Source: Paramecium tetraurelia
Lineage: Eukaryota
NCBI GenBank assembly: GCA_000165425.1
Contig: CT868208.1
Span: forward strand, 62,001 to 126,000
Reading direction: 5' to 3'
DNA length: 64,000 nt
The position numbers and the translations under genes are program-made. Each line of letters starts with the position of its first letter. Within the stretch, counting starts at the first letter, position 1. The notes beneath the pieces are model-generated. The model saw nothing but the letters and a program-made list of their open reading frames with translations, was not told the DNA's origin and searched no databases. This document shows positions 13,671 to 27,407 of this stretch, piece by piece.

Positions 13671-14755
13671 TCAAAGCTGATCATTTTATTCATTCTCAGT
13701 TTTGTAGTTATAATTGTTGCTGTTGATTTGAATCACTTAATCCTAGACCTTTTAGTATTTATTTAGATAACATTGTGCAATTCTCATTCCCATAGAAACT
13801 GAACCCAAATACATCAATCCTATTTGCCATGTGAATTATGGAAACAAAGCAAGCCCAACGAATGGACAAATGCCAGTCATTCCCCATCCAAATCCAAACA
13901 AAGATGCCCCTATCAGAAGAATATTCGTAACTTTATTTGTAGGTGGATATAAAAATTCAGCTGCAAAGATAGGTTTCTTCAATAGTTTAAATCCAAAGTA
14001 ACATACTAAATTTGCCCCTAAAATTACAAATAGGAATTATGGATTCCATTATTCTACAGAAAGAAAACTCAAAATCGTTGTTCTTTTGATCATACCTGAA
14101 AATACCACTCCTATTCCCAATAATAATCCAGCAGGTATTCCCACAACTGTATCAATAAATTAATCTTTATTAAGATATGCACCCAACAATGTTCCAGATA
14201 ATAATACCAAACTTAATCCAATCATTATAATTGAAACATGATTATAATTGTATTTCTCCTAACCATCTTCTTTGTGTTCACTCATTGTTATATAACTACT
14301 TATCATTCCAAATAGTATAAACAAACTAAAAGCCACAAACGAACGAAGGGATATTCTTGCTAGACCACAGAATCCATGGCTTGTAGTACACCCATTGCAC
14401 AATTTAGATCCAATCCCTATCAATAGACCACTTATTCCTGCTAAAGTTGTAGACAAACTTGTAATTTGAGGTATTTCATTGAATGCCAACGATGAGCTTT
14501 CCATTATTCTCTCGTCTCTATAAATCACAGAATGTAATACCCATAAACTTAATACATCAATCCTGTTGCGAATACAATTGAACAAAGAACAGATAATTTC
14601 CAATAAAATTCACTCCAATTAAATGTAATTACACCGTAATATATTCCACTGATCCCAGTTATTCTTCCTTTTGTGATGTAATACATACTACATGCCACTC
14701 CAATCATTATACCACCAATGAAACCTAAGAATAAGTCACTAATATTTATTATCAT
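13671..14755 (-). CDS. YeeE/YedE (sulfur transport) family membrane protein, fused two-domain type
   Basis: GRITGISG, LIGIGSKLCNGCTTSHGFCGLARISLRS, GFGWGMTGICP; 23-nt intron 14518-14540; 353 aa. Confidence 0.9.
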
Positions 14756-15392
14756 TAAAATATTATTAATATTCAAACTAAATTACAAACACTTTCTAAT
14801 TAGCTTAATGTAGTAGTGAGCAATCGAAGTGCATTATTATAATTAGCAATAGTTTGATATGCTACGTTAAGACTTGATGATATCTTCAATATATTGACAT
14901 ATTGTACAGGAAATAGACTCAGAATAATTAGAATAATATAAAAGGAAATAGTATGCTACACAAGAATTATTATATTAAAACAAATACTGAATGAAGATTT
15001 CAAGGAATAACAAATACATAATTATTTAAAATAAAGTAATTAACATGTGATTGAGATTAATATCCATTCACAAATTTGTAATAATAATTAAAATAAAAAT
15101 CAGATTTGAGATATAAAGAATTCCTTTATAATTGTAGTATATAGAACATTTAAATTTATAATCAAAAGAGCAATTAAAATAAAGAGATTATTATTCAGAA
15201 ATAATTCTATATGATTTGTATAATAATTACGATTTAAAAACCAATTAATGATCGGCCATTCTAGTGACACATTAATCACAGTGTTCAAAGGATTAGTAAA
15301 GATGATAGTACAAATGTATTAGCCAATTCCCTCAATATTAAAATCATTTTCTCTAGTTTTAATATATGAAATTTAATAAATATTTTAATTAA

Positions 15393-16543
15393 ATGACATC
15401 AATCTCGAGTGCCAATGGATACATACTTATAGTCTTATAAATGTTAGTTAATACTGCTTCATCAATTGTCTTTAAGTTGTAATCAAAAATAAAAATCGAT
15501 AACCAGGAATTCAATCATCCATTTACATAAACATTTACAATGTTTTTCGGTGAATCAATTTGTTATATTATATTTTTGTTATACAAATCTTTTAATTATT
15601 CAAAATATTTATACGAACTGGAACTTGCAAATAAATTGAAATAAGAAACAAAAATAAATTATTTGGTAGTAATAATTCCAACTTTATGTGATTTAATAGC
15701 AAGTTGTTTAGCATTTTTTGCATTATCATTGATGCCTACATCGGTTTATTAGATGTTAAGAGGAGCAACAGTTGTTATAACAGCAATATTTTAAGTGATA
15801 TTTTTAAAGAAAGTGCCAACAAAGCGTTAAATCTTGGGAATGTCTTTAGTCGTATTAGGTAATTTAATAGTGGGAATAACAATATATTTGAAGTCAACAT
15901 AGTCAGATTACCTAATAGGAGTGTTATTTTTATGTCTATCCTTTTTTATGTTTTCATTCTAAGTAATTCTAGAGGAGAAATACTTTAGAAAATATTATTT
16001 GAATCCTTTTGAATTAGTTGGTCTAGAAGGGTTATGGGGATTGGTATTTACAACAATCTTACTGTCTATTTTAGAATTCATTCCATGTCCTTCTTAAATG
16101 TAGAGTGGATGTCCATAGAATGCTGATGGAAAATATTATTTAGAACAAACGATTTAATTTTTTTAAGTAGTTTTTTCATTTCATGATAAAAACTATCAAC
16201 CCTAACTGTTCCTGCTTATAATTGCTGAGGCAACATCAATTCTCCTTCTGAATTCAATCTGCATGGCTGTAGTGAAATATTTAAGTGCCTTGACTAAAAG
16301 TGTGGTGCAAGTAACAACCATCGCATTAGTTTGGATAACTTGTTTGATAATTGGATGGGAAAAGTTCTATTGGGGTTAATTGATTGGATTCATTATACTA
16401 GTGTTTGGATCTTTGATTTACAATAATATAATAAAATTGCCAATAAAAGTATATTTTAAACAATTAACATTTAGTGTTTGGAATAATAGTAGAAAGTAGA
16501 ATCCTAATAGTCGAAGAGTGAAACTGAAGAGTTATTAAATTGA
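15393..16543 (+). CDS. SLC35F6-like DMT/nucleotide-sugar transporter family protein
   Basis: FNHPFTQTFTMFFGESIC, IPTLCDL, SVYQMLRG, VGLEGLWG; about 10 hydrophobic helices. Confidence 0.88.
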
Positions 16544-16594
16544 ATTTTAATCATAAGAATAATATTCATCCATATAAATATATTAAAATTAATT

Positions 16595-18602
16595 TCATTT
16601 TTGTAGTTTGTTTCTCCACCATCTTCCTTAAACTTCCTATCCATTTGCTTTGAAGTATCTTCCAAAACCGCTAATTAAGTCCTAAAGGAAGGTGCCTTCA
16701 AATTTCTCACCATTTGACAAATAAAGAGTTCCCTATCCCTCTTTATTGTCATCGTTGAATTGCCCAACATATTTGGTCCAATATCTAAGATTTGTTCAAA
16801 ATAATACTCTCCAACTTAATCAAAATCCCCATAATCAAATTGACCAAACAACATTTATGGTTCTTCATTATACAAAGTGCCTTTACCTTAAAACTTATCA
16901 TTAAACCACTCTCCCTCATATGCAGGTTTGCCAGATGCATAAAAGAGTGTTCCTTTGATTACAATAAAATTGTTACCAATCCCATGCATCTTGTTATCAT
17001 GCCATTGACCCTCATAAACTCCTCCGTTGTCTTGAAACAAAAATATACCATAACCCTATCTCACTCCATTCTATTTCTCACCTTCATATTTAGACCCATT
17101 GGGATAGAGTTCTATGACCTTTTCATACCTTTGGATATTAGATGAATTGATCAGTCGCATATTGTAATTGACCTTTTGTGATTAATCTGATAGATTATAA
17201 TTGGATTTGGATTTTTACATTTCTAAAAAGAGTTCGTATTATTAGGATGTTTCAAAAGAGGTAACTGGCATTAGTAACTATTACTGATCAGGTCCTTGAG
17301 TAATATCTGAAAAGTGTTCAATACCAATTTGATTACCAATATTATTATCTATTCGTGATGGTTCAGCTATTTATTCAGACAAGGGTAACTAATAAGATAC
17401 CAGAGTTGATTACTATTTTAATATGATCACTTAAATCTGGTCTCAACTCTTTTACTTCACTGCCATCAATGTAAATAGATTAATTACTATATTGAGACTG
17501 TCTTAATTCTTAAGATTTCTAAATCTAACTATTCCTTATGGATGGTTGAATTTTCGAATTAGCTCTCTCTTAAGATTGACTGACCATCTACACACTCTAT
17601 AATTGAATTGGAATGGTGTCCATTACTTATTCATAGGCTTACACTTAAACAATTGGAGCCTTTTGAATAACTTATTCTTCCTCATAAAATTAAGGTGATT
17701 GAGATGCTTGCAATTCATACTTCAATTGAATGAAATCTGGTCTCTGATCCTCATTCAATAATAACATTCTTTTTAATAAGAAAACATATTAGGATGAAAA
17801 TGAAGTCTCCATCTATTGCAACCTACGCTAAACTTGTTAAACTATGACTCTTAATTTATGGATATCATAACAATCATTACAGTTATTGAGAGTTGAGAGG
17901 TAAAGCATTGTCATTCCTAATGAATACACATCACTTTTATAAGGGTTATGTTAAGGTTGCACTTCATCATTCAAAGACTGCATCAACTAGGGACTCAAAT
18001 AACACTAGTTGATTTATTTCAAGTCTTCTTACACCACCAATTGATAAGAACTCAACATTCCACTCACAGTAGGATCTGTCAATTTCACCAATTGTTATTA
18101 TTCCGAATAGGAAATAGTCTCTGGCCGTATCCCTTAATGAGTTATATTGTAAGATTGCAAAACGAATAATGCCTCAATGCATCCTCTTAAAATCTGCATT
18201 AGATCTCTTTCCTTGAACTATTATTTATTAACTAATCTTTTCTCTGTGACTTCCTTTAGGGATTATGGAATATATTCTAGCAAAATGTAAATTTAAAATA
18301 ATTGACCACAGAATTCACTTTCCTTATGAAAATATAGCTCTACATATGCAAACTTTAAATATACTAGTAACATTGATTAGGTTTTCGTATGTATTACTTT
18401 CCATCCTCTCCAACATTACTTTCAATTTCTTGAATTAATACTCATCTGTTGAATTCATTTCCTTCTAAAATGCTTCTTGTTTTGTCTGTTTCTATCTAAC
18501 TATCCTACCGTTCCCATATCTTGGGTCATCGTTTATATTACGAACCACCACGTAGTTCATGTGCAAGGACTTAATGCTTGCGTTGCTATCTGTATTGCCC
18601 AT
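16595..18602 (-). CDS. Kinase-like (probable pseudokinase) domain + Q/P-rich linker + C-terminal MORN repeats
   Basis: MGNTDS start; HQGIRPETI, KLTDPT, YLSPQL, KSDVYSLG; MORN repeats (YEG.W....HG.G) at about 16600-17120. Confidence 0.82.
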
Positions 18603-18639
18603 TATAAAACTAATTATTTATCTTATATAATTTAATAAA

Positions 18640-19622
18640 TCAATGTGTAAATGATGAATAATCCCACTTGTTCTTGTCTATCTTTATTGTTATGCATCCC
18701 TTTGATTCCAATGTACTGTTCATGCAACAAGACCAACCCTCACTTCCATCAGGCATCTTCTACCACACACCATTGTGGCAATACTTATAGTCCAAATCAT
18801 GTTTCAATGTCCTTGCCATATCTGGCTTAAATGTATAGTTTTTATCCTCTATTCAGAATTAAACTCTTACTTGAATTTGTTCTTGATTTTTACTTAGTTT
18901 TGCCTCATATGCCAATCTGAAGACTGCTCCATCGATTGCCTATTGAGATGCAGCAGGATTTGCCATTTGATACTCCTATCTTATCTTACTTCTAATATCT
19001 TTCTCATTCACTTTCTGAGATCTAAGATCTAATTACAATTTAGATTAATGTTCTATGGGCTTTAAATAGTTTTTTATAATCTCCTCCTCTTTGGACTTAG
19101 TATTCTTAAGTGCATCCTTCGTTTAATTCATTAAATATTTTTAAAACTCCAGATTATTAGTTTCTGTACTCACATTCCATTTACCTGAGCCCTTCTTAGC
19201 TAATATATAATTGTCTCTAGTTTCTATTCCCTCGTATATTTTATTAGCTTTCTCTTTAGGAATTGGATGATCAAATAATCCTAATCGAATTTTAACCAAC
19301 TTTCTCTCATGGGTTTCCTCTGACAATGGATTTTTTGGAACTGAAACACTGCTATTCCATTCCTTCTTTCTCAAACCTAAAATATCCTATCATATTAGAT
19401 GCAAATTGAAATTACTGGGTCAACAAAAGTTTAAACAGTTTCTTTTATTTGCAATGCTCTTTAAGGGATATCCTCTTTGCTAAAAAATTATTCATCTTTA
19501 TCATAGTTCATTTTATTGTTCTTGATACTACCAATCTTATGTATTCTTTATTCGGTCTATAATATTTCTTATTCTCCATCGCTCTGTTTTTATCTTCTTT
19601 CATATGCTTCTTTTATAAACAT
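18640..19622 (-). CDS. Hypothetical protein with C-terminal Btk-type zinc-motif-like segment
   Basis: MFIKEAYERRQK...; near C-terminus CHNGVW...GWSCCMNSTLESKGC. Confidence 0.78.
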
Positions 19623-20061
19623 TTTTTATTTTATGTTATATATTAAATAAATATTTCATTTACTCATTTGACAACCAGTCAATAATAAATACACTTATAA
19701 AACTCCTGTTTCTATCAAACATAAACAAAGTACTGTTCTATTTTCATGAATTTAATATATCCTAAATTGGAAATATTGGTAATACATGAAAATATGATAG
19801 AATTAAGGTTTGGAATTATTTCAACTTATAGTAACTGCTAATGAAAAGTATTTTTTGAAAGGCATCTAAATGACATTCTTCATCCTAAAGAGCATTCTCA
19901 TTTAATTATATAAATTAAAATTTCTTTATTTGTTTTCCATCACAATTCATATTTTAGTCCTATATCATCTGATATTCCTCTAAAAAACATAGAGTGGCAT
20001 TATCAGTTACAATTGATAAATGAAAAAAATTAAAAAATATATTATTCATTTATCAATATCA

Positions 20062-21924
20062 ATGATTTCTAAAAATGAGGAGAGTTTTACAGACAATGTA
20101 CAATCTGAAAAGAAATACTATGAAAGTGACGAGGATATTCAACCATTAAAGGTATTTCACTTAAATTATCAAAAGGTGGGAGATATCATTTAGAATCGAT
20201 TTTTAATAAGTCAAAAAATTGGGGAGGGTTCATTTGGCAGTGTCTTTAAAGTGCTTGATAGAAAGAATAATAATGCTGTATGGGCAATGAAAGTTGAAGC
20301 TGATGATGATGAAAACAGTTTGCTAGAAAGAGAAATAAAAGTTCTAATTGAATTAAGGTAAAAGTAAATGTTCAATTTTAGAAAGTAGTAAGGTTTCCCA
20401 CAAATTAAATTTTATGGATAAGAAAGAGGATATACTTATTGTATTATGACAATGTTAGGAAAAAACTTAGAATAAATTTTTAGAAAATTAGGAGGAGTGC
20501 TGAATATAGCCTCTGTATTAAGACTAGCCATTTAAGTATGCAAACTAAAATGATATTAGTTCAACAGATGATAGATAGAATTTCAGTTATGCATGAAAAT
20601 AGATTTCTCCATCGTGATATTAAACCTGATAATTTTGTTCTTGATTTAGGACCCAATGCAAAGACTTTATATCTAATTGATTTTGGGTTGTCGAAACATT
20701 ATATAGTATTATACATGTTATTCATAATTAGAATAGTAAAGGAGAACACATAGCATATGTAAAGAAGGCAGGACTAATAGGAACTGCTAGGTATGCGTCT
20801 TTAAGTGCCCATGAAGAAATGGAATAAGGAAGGAAAGATGATCTGGAAAGTATAGGCTACGTGTTGATTTATCTTGCGACAGGAAATCTCCCTTGGATGA
20901 ACCTGTAAATAGATTCAAAAAATGCTAAATATGCCAGAATATATTAGATCAAAAAAGAAATCAAGACTGAAGATCTTTGTTAGAATCTACCTAAAGTAAA
21001 ATTGTAACTAAATATAGTGTTTCTATTTCTTTATGAAAGATGTGAAATCTCTAGAATTCCAGGAATCCCCCAATTATAATAAGTTAAAGTCATATTTTGA
21101 GAGAGAGATTGAAAACCTTAACTAATTAAATATCAATGGTTCCTCATTTACATATGATTGGGAAAGACTACCAGAATACAGCAAACAAAAGAAGCATATG
21201 ACAATTCATGTTATGCAAGTAAATTCTTATTAATCTAGAATCAAGAAAAAAGGTAATAAGTAGAAATTGCATTCAACCCACATAAATTAAACCAGGTCTC
21301 TAAATAAAATTAATTTATTAATTAGTAAACAAAGGATTCCTAATAAAAGTCAACATAAAATTAATAACTTACCTTTGAATAGATCATGAATGAAAAGAGA
21401 AAGGGAACCAAAAAGACTGTTTATAGTCCTACAGGTAAAAGTAAGAAATAACCACTCATGATTAACATTGTAGAAAATAATGAATCCAATAAATAAAATT
21501 TATTATCTCCAATTAGCCCTGATGATAGTCGAATTTTCAGGGCGCAGAATCATTCTTCCACATTACTTCAAAATCCTCAACTCAACTCATCATACTAATT
21601 AGAATCATTTATTTTGCCTTCTGTAGCAACTTCAAGAATAAATAATTATTTTGAGAGCGAAGGAGTGGTTAGTGAAGGTGGAGGACTGCCTATATGGGAT
21701 TTGGGCGATGGATCAAAACCTGAATTCTAGAAAGTGACACGAATTTTGGAAGGAATCAAGAAACCTAGTATAATTATATTGAGAAAAGAAAGGAAAGCAC
21801 ATACTTGTATATTATATTGGCTATTTATTTAGAAATAGATACTGTTAAACTAATGTAGGAATTGTTTGTTCCACCAATCAAATTGATTGGAGACTAAGAA
21901 TCAAATGTTGAAGGTTTAGAATGA
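20062..21924 (+). CDS. Casein kinase 1 family protein kinase with long C-terminal tail
   Basis: [53 protein letters not shown]; several tiny introns. Confidence 0.95.
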
Positions 21925-21996
21925 ATAAAGAGATTTATTAAAAATTGTTAACTACTTAACCAAATTATGGTAAATTATTAACTTCAACAATTAAAG

Positions 21997-23981
21997 TCAA
22001 GTTTTGTTATATACAGTAGTACTAAAGAGAGGTCTTAGTTTATTCAACTCTTTTTAAAATAAATTTCGTTCCTCCTTCTTTCCCTTCTTTTTTTTATTAT
22101 ATTTTAGTTTCTCATAGAAGAAGGTTACTTCATTTTCTGTCGCCTAATACAAAGCCTTTAAATCTTATAATATTGTCAAAACAAATGATGTGGCTGAACT
22201 GATAATTTCATTGGTTATTGGTGACACAATCGTAATCTCTGATTAATCATCATATTCATTTAAACCATAGAATGGACTAGAGATATTTATTAATAATAAT
22301 TACTTTTCATTGAATCCTTTATAACTGATTCCTGTTCTTTTCGGATCAAATTCAGTCCCATAAAATTTCAAAAAATTATACGTTGTGTAACCTATAGAGG
22401 AAGCCTGGTTCGAGTGATAAAAACATTCCAAAAAGGCTAAAACCATTTGAATGATACAAAAAGAGGACATCCCACCTTTGAATTAATCATTTAGTCCTCT
22501 TTTCTTCAGTAAACTTTTGAACAATAATACAATTGATCTCAATTCACTATAAAAAGACAACCATTATAAAGTTAACTCAGTAGAAATTAAACCCAAATGC
22601 TGATTTTACTTAGGACCTGAATATTGAAAGAAACTAATATCCACACTGAAGATCTATCTAGTAATATTTTCATCCGGACTTTATTGATAATAGATTAATA
22701 CTTTAAAATGAGATCGATGTAAGGTAACCCTATTGGCAAGGTGGACTACACGAAGGAGATAGTTGGATCTACTTGCAATTTAATCAATGGCATAGTTGAG
22801 GAAGTGATCGCACTAAAAATGATATCAATTTAAATTACACAATGCTGTTAACCCATCTCATTCTTTACAGGAATTCAGTTAGCTTCTGAATAGGCACATA
22901 TAACTAACAAGTTGAGCACATTTCAAACCCAGTTATTCCTATATCAATGTCACTTTCTGGAAGGGCTAAACCAGTAGCACATGAACCGAAAAGGCAAACT
23001 TAAGAATTAAAGTCTAGCTATGATATGTGATGAATGAAACCTCTAAACAGATAATTGATAACGAATTGCAATCTGTCATAAATCAGTCTCCGTAACTTTA
23101 GAATTTATTGATTCTAGCCTTAAATTATATCATTAAATTCTCTCATGTCCATATCAAGCTTTTTGATCATTAAGGCTCTTGCTTAATTCATAATATGCTA
23201 ATCAATTTGATCTTCCTTTACTGTTTACTTAAAAGGAGAATTTTAAACTTCCAGATTGTGGTTCACATTAGTATTTCTTTTAAATAATTTGTTACTCTCT
23301 TATGGAATCTTGAGATTCAAATCCATTATTTATACGAACTTTAAAGGTTGCTTTGTATTATTAGATTAATCTAACTTAGAAAAAGAAGTCCGATCATCTT
23401 GTATGAAATTTTGTTATAATCGATTATCAATCTCTTAATTTTCTGATTTTACAGTCTTCACAGAATTTTCAATATATACCTCCGATTTAACGGTTTCAAT
23501 ATCTTAGAAGATGCCTTTCTAGTCTTTAAAAGGATCTATATCATTAGCATTAGATTTAACGGATTATTCCGTGATTGTTGGTAGAATAGGTTTCGAAGGA
23601 GATTTTTATTATTTGGACTAATTGTCTTAAGTAGTTGAAAATTTTTGGTTTGACTTCAATTTGTATTTTTTGGTTGTTGTAATCCAAACACAAGTTTCAT
23701 CTTGATCATTCTAAGCATTATAGTTAATGTCTATGATTTTTTTAGCATCAAGTAATTCATTGGCTTCTTAACCTAAATATCTATCTAATGTAGTATTTTA
23801 AGGTATTTAGGAATTTGCAGGAACTTGTACATTAATTGCATTCTCTTAAGATTGACTTAAATTATAATTTTTAATGTTACTTTGCAGATTGATCTAGATT
23901 TGGTTTATTCAAATGAAATCCATCTTAAGTCGTGTCTTGCTTATCTATTTACTAAAAACTAATAAAATTTTCTTAATTCAT
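21997..23981 (-). CDS. Non-canonical poly(A) polymerase / terminal nucleotidyltransferase (TRF4/PAPD5/Cid-like)
   Basis: LFGSCATGLALPESDIDIGI (GS...DxD), STMPLIKL, LKKRGLNDQFKGGMSSF, PAP-associated region LLKFLKFYGTEFD. Confidence 0.92.
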
Positions 23982-25006
23982 ATTTTTATTTATATTTTCT
24001 TTCTTTTTTTACTATTTATATTTTTTCGATTTTTTATTTCCATAATATTCTACATCTTTTGAGCTTCAAAATTTAAATAAACTTGAGATAGTATTGCTTA
24101 TTATTTTTGAATGAATTTGCTAACATAAATTTCTATAATTAATGTTTACTCATAAGATATATAATAAATCTCTTATTTTTTGTTTTCTTCATAGGTTGGA
24201 AGCATTATTAATTGGTAATAACCTCATCATTTTTATTAAAATCAATTATGAACCTTATTATAACCTTTCAAATCTAATGTATTTATAGAGAACAACTAAG
24301 TTTCTTAAGTGATTCTTGTTCAAAATTCTCTTTTAATCATCATTTTATTAATAATGTTTCTTTAATTTATCTAATTATGCAAATAGTATCTAGAATTATA
24401 TATAAATGTTTTATGATGAAGAAAATGAAAGTACATTCGAACAATCATTTAAATACATTTAAATTATCTTCTAAATAACCTTTCAAATAGAATTATTATT
24501 CCACAATTCATCCTATCAATAATACAACATTTAATAATAGTTCATTATCAGTGAAATGATTAAATTATCTGTGCCTTAATGTAAACTGTAAATGATACCT
24601 ATAATATTTTAAAATTTATAATTTACTAATAATTTTTTAGAACTAAATTTATTATATAGCTATATTTGTTTATTAATGTACTAAGGAATCAATAAATTAA
24701 TTATCAGCATTACAACTATAGATACAGATATCTTAATATTTATAAACCGTCTTTTTTATTTATAAAGTACCACACTTATATTAATGATTTTAACTTTAGG
24801 GTTTATTTTTTATTTTCTACAATTAATAACATCGAATAGAGAAGAATCATTAATATAATATTGAAAATATTTATAATGAAAGTATATGTTGATTTGAGTA
24901 TTTTGAATTAATTATGTAATAACATTCTATTCGTGTCGAAATCCTAGGTGATTAATCAGAATACTAATTATTTGAATTTTCATCATTTTTATACTCTATA
25001 AATAAA

Positions 25007-27265
25007 ATGTCATTATTTTCAAAAAAAGAATAGAAGAAATAGCCTACTCAATATTTGGAATTTGATTCACTTGCTTCTAAAAAGTATATTTATGACTCAA
25101 AGAAAGCTAATGAGTAGTCTGTAAAACAAGAATAGTATATAAATGATTTAAGAAAAGCGTATGAATTCCAAAAAAAATTAGTTATGACTAGTAAAGACTT
25201 GAAATTGAACCCATCTTTTAGAAAGTAGAGTTACTCTAGGTTGAAAGAAAATAATTAATGGACGAAGTGGAACAATATAAAATGAGTTAGATGGAAATTC
25301 TTAAGAAGTATGAAGGGGAATACTAGGATAAGGAGAGACTTGCTAAAGAATGCTAAAAATACAAATAATAGATTTTAGCACTTTAGAAAATGTAAATGCC
25401 CTAAGAATTTTAAGAAAAAAAATGTCAGGAATTAAAAGAATCCTTATTTAATACTATCAAAGACATAATGAATGATTTTTTGGAAAGTTACAATGATTAA
25501 ATAGGGTATGACAATGATGATTCAGGTATCAATTCAAAAATAATAAAGTTTCTGCATCACTGTTTCATGATTTACTTTAATAGATTGATGACTCAATATT
25601 AATGTTCGTAGAGAACCTACCAGCGTAATCGAGTAGACAATATTAATCCGATGAAGTTCAACATCTAAAGGATTAAATTGAAAAAACATTGTAAATTGTA
25701 GCTAATTTGCAATCTGAAAATTAAGACTTAGTTGCATCATTAGAATCTGAAAAATAACTTAAGGATAAGATCAATAATCAAAAAAATACTTAATAGCAAT
25801 TAGTCAGCCAATTGTAAAATTAAATTGAGCAAATAGTTAATGAGAAAAAGGCTATTGATTAATAACATTAGGAAATTTAGATTAAATATTAGGATTTGTC
25901 AAAGGAATTTTAAAAGCTAAATTCAGTTAAAGAAGACGAAAAAGAAAAGCTAAAGGGAGAATTAATAACGTTGGTGAATGAATTATAAAAGGAAATCCAA
26001 AAGGTTCAATAAGAAAATTCTCGACTTTTATAGCAAATCGAAGAAAAGAATGCTGAAATTACTAATAAAACTGAAGCATTCAATAATAAAGTAAGGGATT
26101 TAGAAACCAAATTAAATCATGAAGAATTGAAATATGAATAAAAATCTAAAGAAGTAAGATTATTAATATTATATAGTTTCTTAGAAATGAAAGAGAATTG
26201 AATTAATCTAAATCAGAAGCTGCGAAATTATTTGAAAACAATAATATTTTATAATAATAATTAGATGCTTTTAAAGAAAAAAGAAAATAAGAAAAGGAAA
26301 TATTCGATGATTAAAAGGAAAAATATAAATAAATGAAATTATAGCTATAAAAACAAGAATAAGAATATGAAGCAAAAATTAATTAACTTGAAGAATAAAT
26401 TCAATTGCTTTAGTAGAAGACGGAAAGCACAGTTCCATCAGATTTATCTAATAACCCAGAAATTATAATGGAAAAAGAATTGCAAATTTCTAAATTAGAA
26501 TAATCTATCATAGAGTATCTTATACATTAATATATCAGATTAAATTAAAAAAATAATGAATTAAAATAAAAGCTGACTTAAAATAAGATAGAGATTAATG
26601 ACTTGAATCATGAATTAGAATAGTAAAAGGTGACCAATCAATAGCATCTAGACAAAAGAGCATTTGCATTAAGTGAATTAAATCGATTAGAACAATAAAA
26701 TTAGCTTTTAAAATAAGTATAAAATAACATCATTCATAGAAAAACAATGATCAAAATTAAATCATCAAATAATTATAACTAGAAAATCAATAGATATCCC
26801 AAATGGTCAAATCTTCAAAGTAATAGCCTATTGCAAATATGCAAAAGTAATTACTCAATCAAAGCATTTCTAAAACTCCTATGGTAGAAGCAAACTATTT
26901 AGATTCTTCTATGGTATCTGATGCTGAGAGCCAAACCTCAAAACAGTCTAAACCTCCTTCCATGCTTATGAAAGGTTTAAATTATTTCAAACCAACTCCT
27001 TAAACCATTTAGAATGCGGTATTTTATTTAAATATCAAAGTAATAAGAAAATTAAGAGATTAAAATTGCTGCAACCATGATACATAAGTAGACAGATGAA
27101 TTAAAATAAAATTTAGAGTAACTTTATAAATGTTTCTTGTCAACAGTTCTACTAGGTTAAAACAATGAAGAAGGTAAATTTCTCAAGTTTGAAAGGGAAA
27201 TAAATGAGTGTTTGAAGAAAACTTAAGACTTAAATGATAACATAGAAGATTTTTTGATATTATGA
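25007..27265 (+). CDS. Long coiled-coil hypothetical protein
   Basis: MSLFSKKEQKKQPTQYLEF...; E/K/Q heptads; multiple tiny introns; TGA at 27263-27265. Confidence 0.8.
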
Positions 27266-27407
27266 TTAATTTGAAATTTAATAATTTTTAAGGGAGGTTA
27301 AATCGTTAAACTTAGTCATTTATTTCAATAACATCTCTAAAATTTTAAGAAGAATATTAAAATGAAATTATTATACTTTACTAATTAAGCTTATTAAAAG
27401 AAAAGCA

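Noticed and set aside
14860..15270. TGA-free plus-strand frame between YeeE and SLC35F
   Set aside because: No suitable ATG, extreme I/N/K/Y composition and no motif
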